Shown one piece after another: positions 1 to 11,244 of a stretch of 64,000 bases of DNA. Location: the NCBI GenBank assembly GCA_038087875.1, contig JAXLNO010002112.1, forward strand, positions 62,001 to 126,000, read 5' to 3'. The notes under the pieces are model-generated. The model ran no database searches, had not been told where the DNA came from, and saw nothing but the letters and a program-made list of their open reading frames with translations. The position numbers were made by a program, and so were the translations under genes. Position 1 is the first letter of the stretch; every line of letters begins with the position of its first letter. This DNA is from Malacoraja senta (lineage: Eukaryota).

Positions 1-969
1 TCAGCTTGAACACCTTAATTAGATTAGCTTCCAAATGGGACTTAATTTATCTGTTAGACACACGTTATGTTGCATGCTGGCTCTGATCAGCTTAAAATGC
101 AATGTGTAACTATTTCTAGATAACTCTAGCTTTGATTACTTAATACTGTGGTAGAAACTTGACTTTTTTTTTAAATTAAAAATAAATAGTGGTATCCAGG
201 TGGGTTAAACTGCAATACTAATTCATTTACTCTGCCAATTCTTTCAACCTTTAATGCACTAGTACAGTTTGTAATAGCTTCTGAAGACATTTTTCTCTAG
301 ATTTTCTGCACAGAAGTTAAATGTACAATGCACTAAGGCAGTCCGAGCCAATAGTAGGGAGGCTAAAATTATTATCACAGTCATATTATTCCTACACCTA
401 TTTGTGATTTCTCTACATATTTGCATCTCAAATTCCTGCTGATAATTGTGAAGATGGGGGAACTAGTATATCCCTTTCAGAGAGATGAGATCCCTTTCAT
501 TACCCCTTTTATTATTTTTACACAGGTTACTTCACTGGACTTCTTCCCTAATCCCTTCCTGGTTAACTTCTCTAAGTACTTTTGCGATGTTCTCCCTGAT
601 CAACAGTGCAAACACCTCTCCTCTTTTTCCTCCACTCTGTCACGCTAGAGGCATTGATATCCCAGAACAATGAGTTGCGAATCTTGCCTATCTGTCTATC
701 ATGTTTCTGTTATAACTAAAATATTGCAATCATATGCCATTCCATGCTCTGTTAATCTGTTTTACCTGTGATACTTTTTATATTAAAGCAAATACAGTTA
801 GGGAAATCAGACCTTGCTTCCCTGTCTTGCTCCTGATTGGCCTGCTCAATGGATACGCTTGCTTTAACCTCTACATTTGCTTCAAATTTCTCATCTGCCA
901 CACTACTACTTTGGGTTGTTTTTCCCCTCTCTGTCAGACTAGTTTAAACCCCTCCAAGTAGCATTTACT

Positions 970-1092
970 GCGGATGCAGTAGATGAGGTTAGAGGAAGTG
1001 CAGGTGAACCTCTATCTCGACCCGAAGCGTCACCTATGCATGTTCTCCAGAGATGCTGCCAACCTGCTGAGATATTACAGCACTTTGTGTCC
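970..1092. mobile_element. Short inverted Penelope fragment
   Basis: 970-1012 matches the GIY-YIG coding segment at about 20983-21025 (minus strand) and is fused to a plus-strand pLTR/hammerhead remnant. Confidence 0.6.
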
Positions 1093-1414
1093 TTTTAAAT
1101 ATGGTGAAACGTACTGGTAACATAATTTTGAAAGTTAGATTCTGTACTGGAGGAGCAAGTGTCATCAATTAATTACTGTAATTCTCTGGCAAAACCAACT
1201 AATTCCTAAATGCAAAATTGATTTAGCACTTTGTTGTGAAAATAAAGAGTTGATATACTGAATTGCACAATTAGTAGACAGACTGGAATTTAGATAGTTG
1301 GACTTCAAAACATTTCAAACACAAAGTAATATGCCATCACCCATTAGAAATTGTTAGCAAGCAAATGGTGTGGCAAGCATATTTTAGCTGCAATACAAAT
1401 CTTCGTATGAAGCA

Positions 1415-1530
1415 ATCTGAAGAAGGGCCACAACCCGAAATGTCGCATTGTTCATCAGAAATGCTGCTGACCCATTGAGTGTAGCACTTTGTGTCATTTT
1501 TGGTAAACCAGCATCGGCAGTTCCTTATGT
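1415..1530 (+). mobile_element. Penelope pLTR fragment with hammerhead motif
   Basis: CTGAAGA-aGGG..CCC-GAAA-TGTC at 1417-1444, followed by the family tail. Confidence 0.6.
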
Positions 1531-1774
1531 CTCCATACTAACACTCCCACATCACAAGTGAAATACTGTACATTAATTTGCGCATATACTAAATCCTTCA
1601 AAGCAAAATACCCTTCCATTTATTCGCTCAACGTGCTTAAATTTATTAAAACAAACCTGGAATGCCATGACAACATAAGCATTGATATCATTTATCCAAC
1701 TGTGGTTTTGGCTTGTTGTGAATTGGTCATGTTGAAGGCAGAGTTCAAAATATGTACATTGCTTAGCAGTCAGC

Positions 1775-2066
1775 AAAGTGGCGCAGTAGTAGAGTTGCTA
1801 CCTTACAGTACCAGACCCAAGTTCGATCCTGACTATGGGTGTTGACTGTACGGAGTTTGTACGTTGTTCCTGTGACCAGGTGGGTTTTCTCCGAGTACTC
1901 CGATTTCCCCCCACATTCCAAAGACCTACAGATTTGTAGGTTAATTGGACATGTAAATTGCCCCTAGTGTGTAGAATAGAGTTAGTATACGGGGTGATCG
2001 CTGGTCGCCATGGATTCAGTGGGCCGAAGGACCTGTTTCCACGCTGTACGTCTAAACTAAACTAAA
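1775..2066 (+). mobile_element. HE1-like V-SINE
   Basis: tRNA-like head with B box GTTCGATCC, V-domain-like core, CR1-type tail GGGCCGAAGG.CCTGTTTCC and (CTAAA)n end. Confidence 0.8.
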
Positions 2067-2149
2067 AGTATGGCCTGTTGCTAATATTGCCAAATTGTTG
2101 AATTGCCAAATATACTGAATTGTCTGAAGTAAGACATTAACTCACAATC

Positions 2150-2495
2150 TTAGTCATAGAGCACAGAAGCATGACTTTTGGCCAAAATTCCCCATGCTGT
2201 CCAAGATGCCCCCATCTACAATAGTTCCACCTGTCCATGTTTGGCCCAAATGCCTCTGAATCTTACCTAACCACATACTATACCTGTCCAAATGTCTTTT
2301 GAAGTTGTTATTGTACCTGCCCCAACTACTCCCTCAGGCAGCTTGTTCCATACACCCACCATCCTCTGTTGTCCCTCAGGTTCCTATTAAATCTTTCTCC
2401 TCTCACCTTAACCCTATGTGCTATGGTTATTGATTACCATACTCTGGGTAAAATACTTTGTGCATTCACCCTATCTATTCCCCTCATGATTTTAC
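2150..2495 (-). mobile_element. CR1/HER1 LINE 3' fragment
   Basis: Similar to the other CR1 3' ends in the window (e.g. 9383-9780). Confidence 0.75.
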
Positions 2496-3142
2496 AGTCT
2501 TATGAAATAAAAACAACAAATGAAAGGGTTCTTGGCAGAGTGAATGTAGATGGATTTCCCTTGAACGGGATTATTGTTTGAAAACACAGCAGTTACAGAT
2601 TTAGGACAAGAAGTGTTTTTTTTCTCTCTTTACTTTGGAACATTTCCTCAAAGGGGGGTTATTTTAAAGCAGAGATAAATTGATTCTTTATAGGCAATGG
2701 GTGAAATATTACTGGGGTGTAGGTGGAAATACAGAACTGAGGCTAAAATGAAATTGGCCATAATCATGTTGATTGGTAGAGCAGATTGGGGAGGGCGAGT
2801 GGTATACTGTTATTACAAAAAGGAGGACAATTGGCTGCTCAAGCCTCCTCTGTCACAGTAAAATTATGGCAAAATCAATCTTGGTTTCAACACTGCTTCC
2901 CTACTCTCACGTACACCTCGATCTCTTATTTATGTGTGATGATAATGACATCAAGATCTTTCAACTGACAACAGACTTAAAATGAGCAGTTTTTTAGCTT
3001 GTAATTCTAAACCAATTGGAGTCTGGTTCACCTATTGGCTTTTTCACTAATGCATCAATATGAAAATTGCTATTGATTTTTAATCCTTTTTTTAAAATGT
3101 ATTATTACTTTTGTATTTCAAACTTTATTTCATCTCTTTCAG

Positions 3143-3362
3143 CATTGACAAGATAACCAAGGTAGCTTCTCCCGTGCTGGTAATTCATGGTACTGAGGAT
3201 GAAGTGATTGATTTTTCCCATGGTCTTACAATGTACGAGCAATGCCCAAGAGCAGTGGAACCCCTCTGGGTCGAGGGAGCCGGCCACAATGACATTGAGC
3301 TTTATGCGCAGTACCTTGAAAGATTGAAACAGTTCATTAGTCATGAACTGCCTGTTTCTTGA
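3143..3362 (+). CDS. ABHD17C: Alpha/beta hydrolase domain-containing protein 17C (depalmitoylase), last coding exon
   Basis: Acceptor tctctttcag|C at 3142/3143, TGA at 3360-3362. Translation [72 protein letters not shown] matches the recalled ABHD17C C-terminus ([21 protein letters not shown]) better than 17A or 17B. Contains the catalytic Asp (EDEVID) and His (GAGHND). Confidence 0.93.
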
Positions 3363-4850
3363 AGACTCTGTGGATGTTTCCAAGGCAAATGTGAATAGAT
3401 GAACTGCTTTAATTTGCACATGGTCAAACTGGACTACTGTAGCTTCTGAGGACACAAGAAGCTATCACTTTTCAGGCTGATTCATTTGAGAAACAGCACA
3501 AAATCTGTCATTTTTATACCAGGAAAAATCCATATGATTTATGTATCTTGCACATGAAATAATGTTCACCTACTGTAATTTTAAATATTTTATGATTGTT
3601 ATTAACGTTTAGTATTTCCTGAATTACAAATTATTGTTTAACTGTCTGGGGATGTAAGCTGTTCAGCATCCTGGCAACAATTTTCCTGAATTTTTTGGAG
3701 TAGAAATCTCTCTTTGGTCACTTAATAAATGTATGAGAATGGTCATTGGTGTACTCCACACATTCAATTCCTTTTATATTGGATGATTGAAGCTTGAGAT
3801 GAGTACAACCAGCTGCCAATACTGAGTTTAGTCATAATGACCAAAGATTACTCTCAACCCTTTATTTTTTTTTGCAACTAGTTTATAAACTGGAAATTTC
3901 TTGTACAATGTAACATGACAGAGTATGCGATTGTGAATAAGTAGCTAAAACAGCCTTTCATTGAAAGATGATTAAACCAATGTGATTAATTAATCTGAAT
4001 GTTTATTACCTTCTAGATATTTATAGTATTGTCCCTAAGTATTGTATTTGTAAAACTCAATGAAATTGAAAGGAAACTCCATTTCATCACTAACGTTCTT
4101 TAAAGTGGTCACGATGTTCCAACATTTATGGAAGTGCTTTCCATATTAAAATTGTTAAACAATACCTCATATTTCCCTAATGGTGCAAAACATGGTACAT
4201 GGCTGCATACCTTTTCACATGTGTAAAGTTACGAACTAATTGACAGTTCTTGTGTATTGTATTTCAGGAGAGGAGTTCCAAAAATAAGTGTTGTGTCTTC
4301 ATCTTAAATAGTATTGCTTCTTCTGTGATATCTTTCAAGGTTATAGGAACTTTTCAGTTTCAGGTGTTGAATTGATGTGATAACTGTCTAATAGCTTTAT
4401 CCTGTGAGATGTTTTCATTTGTATTTATACCCTGAATTAATTACACATTCAACTTTAAAAAATGTACAGCCATTTAGTTTCAAAAAATTACATATCAATT
4501 ATCAATATGGGAACAGATGGAAAGACCAGAAATTTGAGGTTGATTTTGACCTTGGGATTGTATTGAAATATCCAGAAATAATGCAAGACAATGCTAAACA
4601 AACTGATCAAAGCCTTAAATGTAATAAGGACCTCTGTATATTTGATTTCAATACCAATTGTTGTAAGTTATACATAAGCAACAAATTGTCACAATGGAAT
4701 GAAAGATGCATGAAATGTAGAAAAAAATTGAAAGTCAACATTGTGTAAAGTAGGAAACAACAATAAACCAATTTCAGCCTTTTTGGTGTAATCAGTTTAA
4801 AAAATGATTCAAAATATGGATTAAACGTAGGAAATATTGTGCATAATAAA
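3363..4850 (+). other. ABHD17C: ABHD17C 3' UTR with candidate polyadenylation signals
   Basis: AT-rich, repeat-free stretch after the stop codon. AATAAA at 3724, 4762 and 4845; CR1 sequence starts at about 4900. Confidence 0.55.
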
Positions 4851-4899
4851 CCTATTGACGACATCTATTTTTTCCAATTATTTTGTCCTATTAGGTTTA

Positions 4900-6050
4900 T
4901 AGTAGAAAACTTAAAAAGGAGATTGGCAGGCAGGATCAAAGAGAATCCCCAAATCTTTTACAAGTATATTAGAAGCAAGAGGATAGCTAGAAAAATAATA
5001 GGTTGCTTCAAGGACGAAAATGTTTATTTGTAAATGGATAAAACAGAGTGGAAATGGGATTTGAATGGGATCCTAAATATGTACTTCTCATTGATATTCA
5101 CCAGGGAGAAACATATGGAGGATAGAGAGTTAGGGGAGCCATGCATTGATATTCTGGAACAGGAAAGAGAAACCGTTCGAGATAGTACCACACACTAAAG
5201 TGCATAAATCCTTAAGCCTGAAGGGATCTATCCAGGGACTCTTAAGAGTTTTGCATCTTCATTTGCCACAGGTGAGGTAAAAGAAGACTGGATTGGAAAG
5301 GTTTAAACAATATTGCCTGGAATGGAAGGCTTTAGTTGTAAGGAACGACTGGGTAGACTGGGTTTATTCTCATGAGAACACAGGAAGCTGAAGGATGGTT
5401 CTATAGAGGTTTATAAAATGACTAGATTATGTGCAGACCCATTGGGTCTGCTCCCCCAACGGTGTGCGTTGGCGAGCTGATGTAGCTGTTTTTTAAATGA
5501 GGCCCTCCCCCTGACGTCACTGGAAGGTGGTGGAATATTCTGTTTCACTGTACCATTGGGGGGGGGCGGGGGGTGTGACTAACCCGGGGAGGGTTAGTCA
5601 CTGGAAGCTGGTGTTTTAAAAGGTTGTTTTGGCTTTTTGTGGAAACTTTAATCATGAATAACCATGGAGGGGGCGAGGGGGCAGGGGGTGTGAATAACCT
5701 GGAGAGGGAGATGCTGGAGGATAGGGTAGATAGAGTCCTTTTCCCAGGATGCTGAGAGGGGAGGAATTTGCTGAGAAGCATAGCTGAGAGGGGAGGAATT
5801 TAAAGGAAAATTGAATAGCAAGCTTTTTCCATACATAAGGTCTGATTATACAGAATGAGCTGGCGTAGGGGGGAATACAATAAGAATGTTTACAAATCAT
5901 TTGGACAAAGTACCTGGATAGGACAATAGTAGTGGGACACAGGCCTTAAGCAGACAAATGGGATTAGCATTTATAGGCATAGTTGTGGCATGGATGGGAT
6001 GGGATGGGCCATTGGTCCTGTTTCTGAGCTATACAACTGTACGACTCGAC
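4900..6050 (+). mobile_element. Degenerate CR1 LINE interrupted by a Helitron-like insert
   Basis: Encodes the IKENPQIFYKYIRSKR CR1 ORF2 motif; CR1 3' tail at about 5720-6050. Confidence 0.7.
5422..5711 (-). mobile_element. Candidate non-autonomous Helitron
   Basis: On the minus strand: GC-rich hairpin (5433-5451), 7 nt, then CTAG|T. A candidate A|TC 5' end lies at about 5711. It interrupts a CR1. Confidence 0.5.
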
Positions 6051-6059
6051 CCTACCATT

Positions 6060-6960
6060 CATTATGTACACCCTCACCTACCCAAAGTTTATCACCTGGC
6101 ACTTATCTAGAGTAAATTTCATCTGTCATGATTTTGCCATTTTACCAGCTAAGCAATATAATTCTACAATGTAGGACTCCAACCTCCCCCCCCCCCCCCC
6201 CCCCTCACTATCAACAGCACTACTGAGTGTTGTGTCATCTGGAAACATCTTGCATATCTAAGATATTAATGTATATAATGATCACCACATTCTAGCCTTA
6301 TTACAAAATACCTCCATCATCACCTTCTCCCTCCTAATCACCAAGCTAATTTTGGATGCCTTGGGCTCTAACCTTCTGGACTAGTCTTTTTTACTGTAGT
6401 CATGTGGACCACATCAACAGCATTAGCCTCAATACATTTTGTCACTTTGGAAAATTCAGTCAAGTTGGTCAGGCTGAGTCCCCCCACAACAACCATGCTG
6501 ATTGTTAATAATCCTTGCTTTTTGAAGTAGACATTAATCTTGTCCCACAGAATTTTTCCCAATAACATTCTTGCTCTTGACATTGGACACTCAGTCCTAT
6601 AATTATGTGGTTTATCACTGCTACCCATCTTGAATAAAGCTGTTAAAGAAGGAACTGCAGATGCTGGAAAATCGAAGGTACACAAAAATGCTGGAGAAAC
6701 TCAGCGGGTGCAGCAGCATCTATGGAGCGAAGGAAATAGGTAACGTTTTGGGCTGAAACCCTTCCTCAGACCACGTTTGCTGTCCTCCAGTCATCTAGTG
6801 TTTCCCCTTAGTTCAGCAAAGATTTAACAATCTTTGTCAGGGCCCCAGCAATCTCCTCCCTTGCCTTCCATAACAGCCTTGAATACTTCTTATGAATCCC
6901 TGAGGATTTATACCATCTCAACATTTCATATCTCTATTAATGTTAACATGTTCTAGAATT
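6060..6960 (-). mobile_element. Degenerate CR1 LINE (RT region) with a nested Penelope pLTR at 6646-6771
   Basis: The minus-strand ORF has LTNLTEF..VTKCI..AVDVV CR1 RT motifs; the nested insert carries a hammerhead-like motif. Confidence 0.7.
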
Positions 6961-7341
6961 TCACTCGGCCCTTCTCTCCCTGGGTTCACCAACCAGATAA
7001 GATGCAGCTAGAATACAAATCAACATCCTGAATTTGAATTATTATTATGTCTATTAGTTATAAGCATACATATGGCAACACTGGTCGGGATTAAGATGTT
7101 CAGGTAATTCTTTCATTAGCCAAGGCTTTACTGCTGTAAATGATTGAATAATTTAAAACACCAAATTTGTTTTGTAATTATCCCCTGCTCATTACATTTT
7201 AATGCATTAATAACTCTATCTGAGCTCTGCTATAATTTGTGTCACATCTTATGTTTGCAGTACATGTTAATAATATCGAACGAACAGTATCTGTACCGCC
7301 TCCAAGTCGCTAGCTGGTTCTGGTGTCAATACTGAAACGTC

Positions 7342-7349
7342 ATGGTAAG
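7342..7349 (+). CDS. Candidate alternative first coding micro-exon (ATG GTA AG) of the CEMIP2-like gene
   Basis: gtcATGG Kozak context and a perfect AAG|GTGAGT donor at 7350. Phase 2, so it is in frame with exon 10892 (M-V-R-F-K-M...). Confidence 0.35.
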
Positions 7350-7899
7350 GTGAGTCCCATATTCCCCCCAAAAATCACTCGTTATCTGTTTTATTTGCGT
7401 GTGTGTGTGTGGCCAGTGTACCAGCAGGTCACATTGTCATACATTACAACTCAAAATACTTAGTTTTCTACTTGGAATTATAATTGTTCCAAATAATGAA
7501 TGCAATAGCCAGAAAGGCATTAAAGCTTGACCAAATGATCAATCACGTGGCGGCAGGTATCACAAATACCTCAAGAAAAACTGTCAACTCAAAATAATTG
7601 GTGAAAGGTCTTTGACCTGAAACATTAACTGTTTTACTCTTTCCACGGGTACAGTTCGACCTCTGTTGAGTGCTTCAGCCTTTTCTGTTTCGATTTCAGA
7701 CTTCCAGCAGCTGCAGTTTTGTATTAATTTCCAACTAATTCACTTACTAGAAAATGGTTACACTTTTTAATGGGGGTTTTTAAACAGTGATTTGTTTAAC
7801 AATAATGTCCTTTAATACAATTTTACTATAGTGAATGGAGCCAACCTCTTTCTCGATATTATTGATTTTGTTTATAATCTAGTGACTACAAATATCCGA

Positions 7900-8290
7900 A
7901 CTGTAATTCCTGGGTCTTTGTCCCTCGGTACAGGATTTTACCGGCATTAAAGGCTGTGGAAACGAGGCTGCGCATCGCAGTCTGAACTACTAGAAGCCGG
8001 CGCCTGCAGCTCGGCTCCCTGCACATCGACACCGAGTTACCAGCTCGGCTTTGGAGGCGGGTACACCGCATGTGGCCGTGCTTATTTCTCGCTTCAGGTT
8101 GGGGATGCGCTTGAGATCCCAGTGCTTGGCTCGCTGTCCCGAACGTTTCGCCGCCAGGTGATGTCACATGCCACGTGGATTTTGTTTTGACTCCAGCTGC
8201 AATCAACACTACAACAAAAGCGGAGGAAAGAAAGGAATCAGTTTGACCGGGCGAAAAGCCGAGATTGGTACTAGGGACCATGCCGCGGTA
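7900..8290 (+). promoter_or_regulatory. CpG-island promoter (upstream promoter of the CEMIP2-like gene)
   Basis: Sharp local CpG/GC enrichment in an AT-rich background. GC box GAGGCGGG at about 8053, adjacent E-boxes GTCACATG (8163) and CACGTG (8172), reverse CCAAT (ATTGG) at about 8263. Ends in ATG plus a splice donor. Confidence 0.7.
8280..8287 (+). CDS. CEMIP2-like: First coding exon (ATG CCG CG) of the CEMIP2-like gene
   Basis: ggaccATG Kozak at the end of the CpG island, donor CG|gtaaaa. Phase 2 joins exon 10892 in frame (M-P-R-F-K-M-Q-T-D...). Confidence 0.6.
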
Positions 8291-8907
8291 AAATACAAAT
8301 ATTTCGTCTACTATTTCTGAGCATCAATTCCAAAGTTTCATATTGTGCGTGTGTTGTGTTCCCCCATACATTGAAACCCCAAATCATTTAAAATGGAAAG
8401 ACACACTGGATTGACGATAATCTAACTTTAAATATATTTGCTTAGAGAAAAAAACGAATGAAATAATCAACTTTTAACCTTGCTTTTATTTCCATGTATT
8501 TAAATAATGTAATTAGAACTGCACGTTGTTCTTTTACTTAAACGATGAGAAATCCTTCCAACTTTAGTTGAAGTGACCTTTTTCTGCCGTCCTCTCACTT
8601 CTGTTGACTGACAGTCCAACAACTCCCACCCTCGATCGGCAGTCTCCAGTACTGTGCAACATTACTGGAAACAGTATAATTCTGCCAGGCAGGTCCTAGT
8701 GCGTGGTGATTTACACAAATAATAAATAGACGTTTGTTTCTATTGAAGAGTAAACTTAATGTCAATGATGTTTCTCTGGCCCTAATTTGCAAAGTTCAGA
8801 CACGGCTAGCCAGCTTGAAGTTCGCTGCTTGGCATGTTATAAAATTACTTTAACGGAGTATTTGGCAGGAGAATGAGAAGACGACTGAGAGAATAGTTTA
8901 TCTTCAG

Positions 8908-8973
8908 TTTTTGGATGAAAAACACAAACCATACCATTAAGAGTAACTGCCGTAGGGAATTTATTGGACCAAG
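8908..8973 (+). CDS. Candidate 66-nt in-frame cassette or alternative exon (FWMKNTNHTIKSNCRREFIGP)
   Basis: tcttcag| acceptor (weak pyrimidine tract) and consensus AAG|GTAAGT donor at 8974. Symmetric phase 2-2, no stop, internal ATG at 8915. Confidence 0.3.
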
Positions 8974-9382
8974 GTAAGTGAGATTTGTAGGTGTTGGAAA
9001 TTGGTGGGTTGACATCTGATAATTAACTATGTACAGTGCGGTGGAAAAAAACGAATGTGGTACTTTTGAAGAGCAGAGAGCTTTTCAGATGTAAATGATA
9101 TTTTGCAACTGCGAAATCTGGAGTTATAATCAGATATAAAAAATATCTATTCATTTTTAACCAAAATTTTTTAACTAATTGGCTCAATTAGTGAGGTTTG
9201 GAAAGAGATTCAAAGATTCAATTTTAAATGAATTAGTGTTTGAAAGGAATTCTTTTTTGTGCTGTTAAGTTGTTTCATTTCACTAATTGTGGCTTTTATT
9301 CCATGGAATATTGCGAAAAGTCACATATTTAGATCTTTGATTTAAGAAAATAAACTGACCTTAATTAAAAAGAGCAGCCTCC

Positions 9383-9780
9383 ATAGAGTCATAGAGTAAT
9401 ACAGTGTGGAAACAGGCCCTTTGGCCCATCTCGCTCACACCAGCCAACAATGTCCCAGCTACCCTAATCCCACTTACCTGCGCTTGATCCATACCGCTCC
9501 AAACCTGTCCTATCCATGTACCCTGTCCAACTGTTTCTTAAATGATGGGACAGTCCCAGCCTCAACTACCTCCTCTGGCAGCTTGTTCCATACACCCACC
9601 ACCCTCTGTGTGAAAAAGTTACCCCTCGGATTCCTATTAAATCTTTTCCCCATCACCTTGAACCTATGTTCTCTGGTCCTCGATTCCCCTACTCTGGGTA
9701 AAAGACTCTGTGCATATACCCAATCTATTCCTCTCATGATTTTGTATACCTCTATAAGATCTCCCCTCATCCTCCTAACA
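9383..9780 (-). mobile_element. CR1/HER1 LINE 3' end
   Basis: RRMRGDLIEVYKIMRG...FFTQRVVGVWNKLP CR1 ORF2 C-terminus and a CTCTATGA tail. Confidence 0.88.
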
Positions 9781-10159
9781 TCCTCATAACAATCAAATGT
9801 GCTTACTTGTGTGAAGACGTTGATGACCGTGGAGTTCAAGGAACACAAATTTCCTGGGCGTTCATAGTTTTAGTCACATCATTGCTGTGAATTTAGTTTG
9901 TCACGTTGCGACCAACAAGTAACAGCGAATGGAGTTCCAGAGGTCAGAAATACATATATTTATTCAGGAAGTAATTTGGAAGAAAACATACAAATCTTTC
10001 AACCTAGCCCTTTTTCTTGCTACCCACTTCTAATTTGATAGTTACTCACAATTTCTATGGACGCTAGGTTAAATGTAAATGTTTATCTAATGACTGGGTT
10101 ATGCAGCATTTCGGGTGGTATCTGTGGAGACAGAAATTTCAGGCCAAAGGACAAGAACA

Positions 10160-10458
10160 ATGGTGCAGCTGGAAGCGCTGCTGCCTCGCATCACCAGGGA
10201 CCCGGGTTCAATCCTGACCTTGGGTACTGTCTGTGTGGAGTTTGCATGTTCTCCCTGTGACTGTTTCCTCCAGGAGCTCCCATTTCATCTTGCATCCCAA
10301 AGGCGTGTGGGTATGTAGGTTAATTGGCCTCTGTAAATTCCCCTGGTGTGCAGAGTGGATGGGAAAGTGGGATAACATAGAACTAGTGTGAACGAGTAAT
10401 CAGTGGTCGGCATGGACACGGCCGAAGGGCCTGTTTCCATGCTATAACTCTAAACCAA
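10160..10458 (+). mobile_element. HE1-like V-SINE
   Basis: GGTTCAATCC B box, conserved core and CR1-like tail. Confidence 0.8.
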
Positions 10459-10891
10459 ATATTGAACACAAACAACTTCAATTTTAAGCAAATACAAGAT
10501 GTAGAAAATGAACAGGTAGAGTGATGATAATTTAAGATGGTCATTTAAGAAGACGTACGTAAACAAAAGGTTTAGATTCAAGAAATTAAAATAATCTGGT
10601 GGCAAGGAAGAGGCTTATGAAGCTTTAAATGTGATAGTGGAAAGGCTGATATATTCCATGTACAGATGTTATCCAAAGGCAGTAATTACATCTCCTATGT
10701 CCTTTCATCCGCCAATACCATCTCCACACCCAGGGCTCTCCCGCAATCATCCTTAAGACAAGGTTACAGTGATCATCAAGGACACAAGGAACTATAGATG
10801 TTGGTTTACAATGATAATTTGATGATTACTGATTGGTTTCACTGTGGTGGATTGTATGATGTTAATTTTGACTTTTTACTGTCATTTTCAG

Positions 10892-11244
10892 ATTCAAAAT
10901 GCAAACAGATGAAACCCCCAAGTTCCAATCTTCCCTCAAAGACAATTGTGACAACTGCACAGTTAAGAGGTTTTCGCAAAGTACAATACCTCAGTCCCTT
11001 CATTTATGGCCTCATCAAAAGCAGTTGCTGTTTCAAAATGTCTCGCCTGCATTGGAAGCTGCTCCCAGGCTTCTCATGCCTGAGGATCATACACTAAAGA
11101 AAAGGAGGAGAGTGTTTTCTAGCCCAGAGGTAGCAAGAGAATTTGCACTTCACCTGCTGTATTTTGCAGTTTTTGCTGTAGGTGTACTGGGTTTACTTCA
11201 CTGGCATGGCATGATACAGCTATTCCAAGGAAAAAGTTGCAAAG
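10892..11244 (+). CDS. CEMIP2-like: CEMIP2-like exon: cytoplasmic tail + type II transmembrane helix
   Basis: Acceptor ttttcag|A, donor AAAG|gtaagc, open frame. KKRRR basic cluster (11097-11111) precedes hydrophobic FALHLLYFAVFAVGVLGLLHW (11142-11204). Ends in phase 1. Confidence 0.75.

Noticed and set aside
4404-4864. ORFs of 85-114 aa downstream of ABHD17C
   Set aside because: AT-rich UTR sequence with non-ATG starts, no splice support and no recognisable motifs.
8869-8973. 105-nt version of the cassette exon using the AG at 8867-8868
   Set aside because: It contains an in-frame TAG, so it could only be non-coding or an alternative 5' exon.
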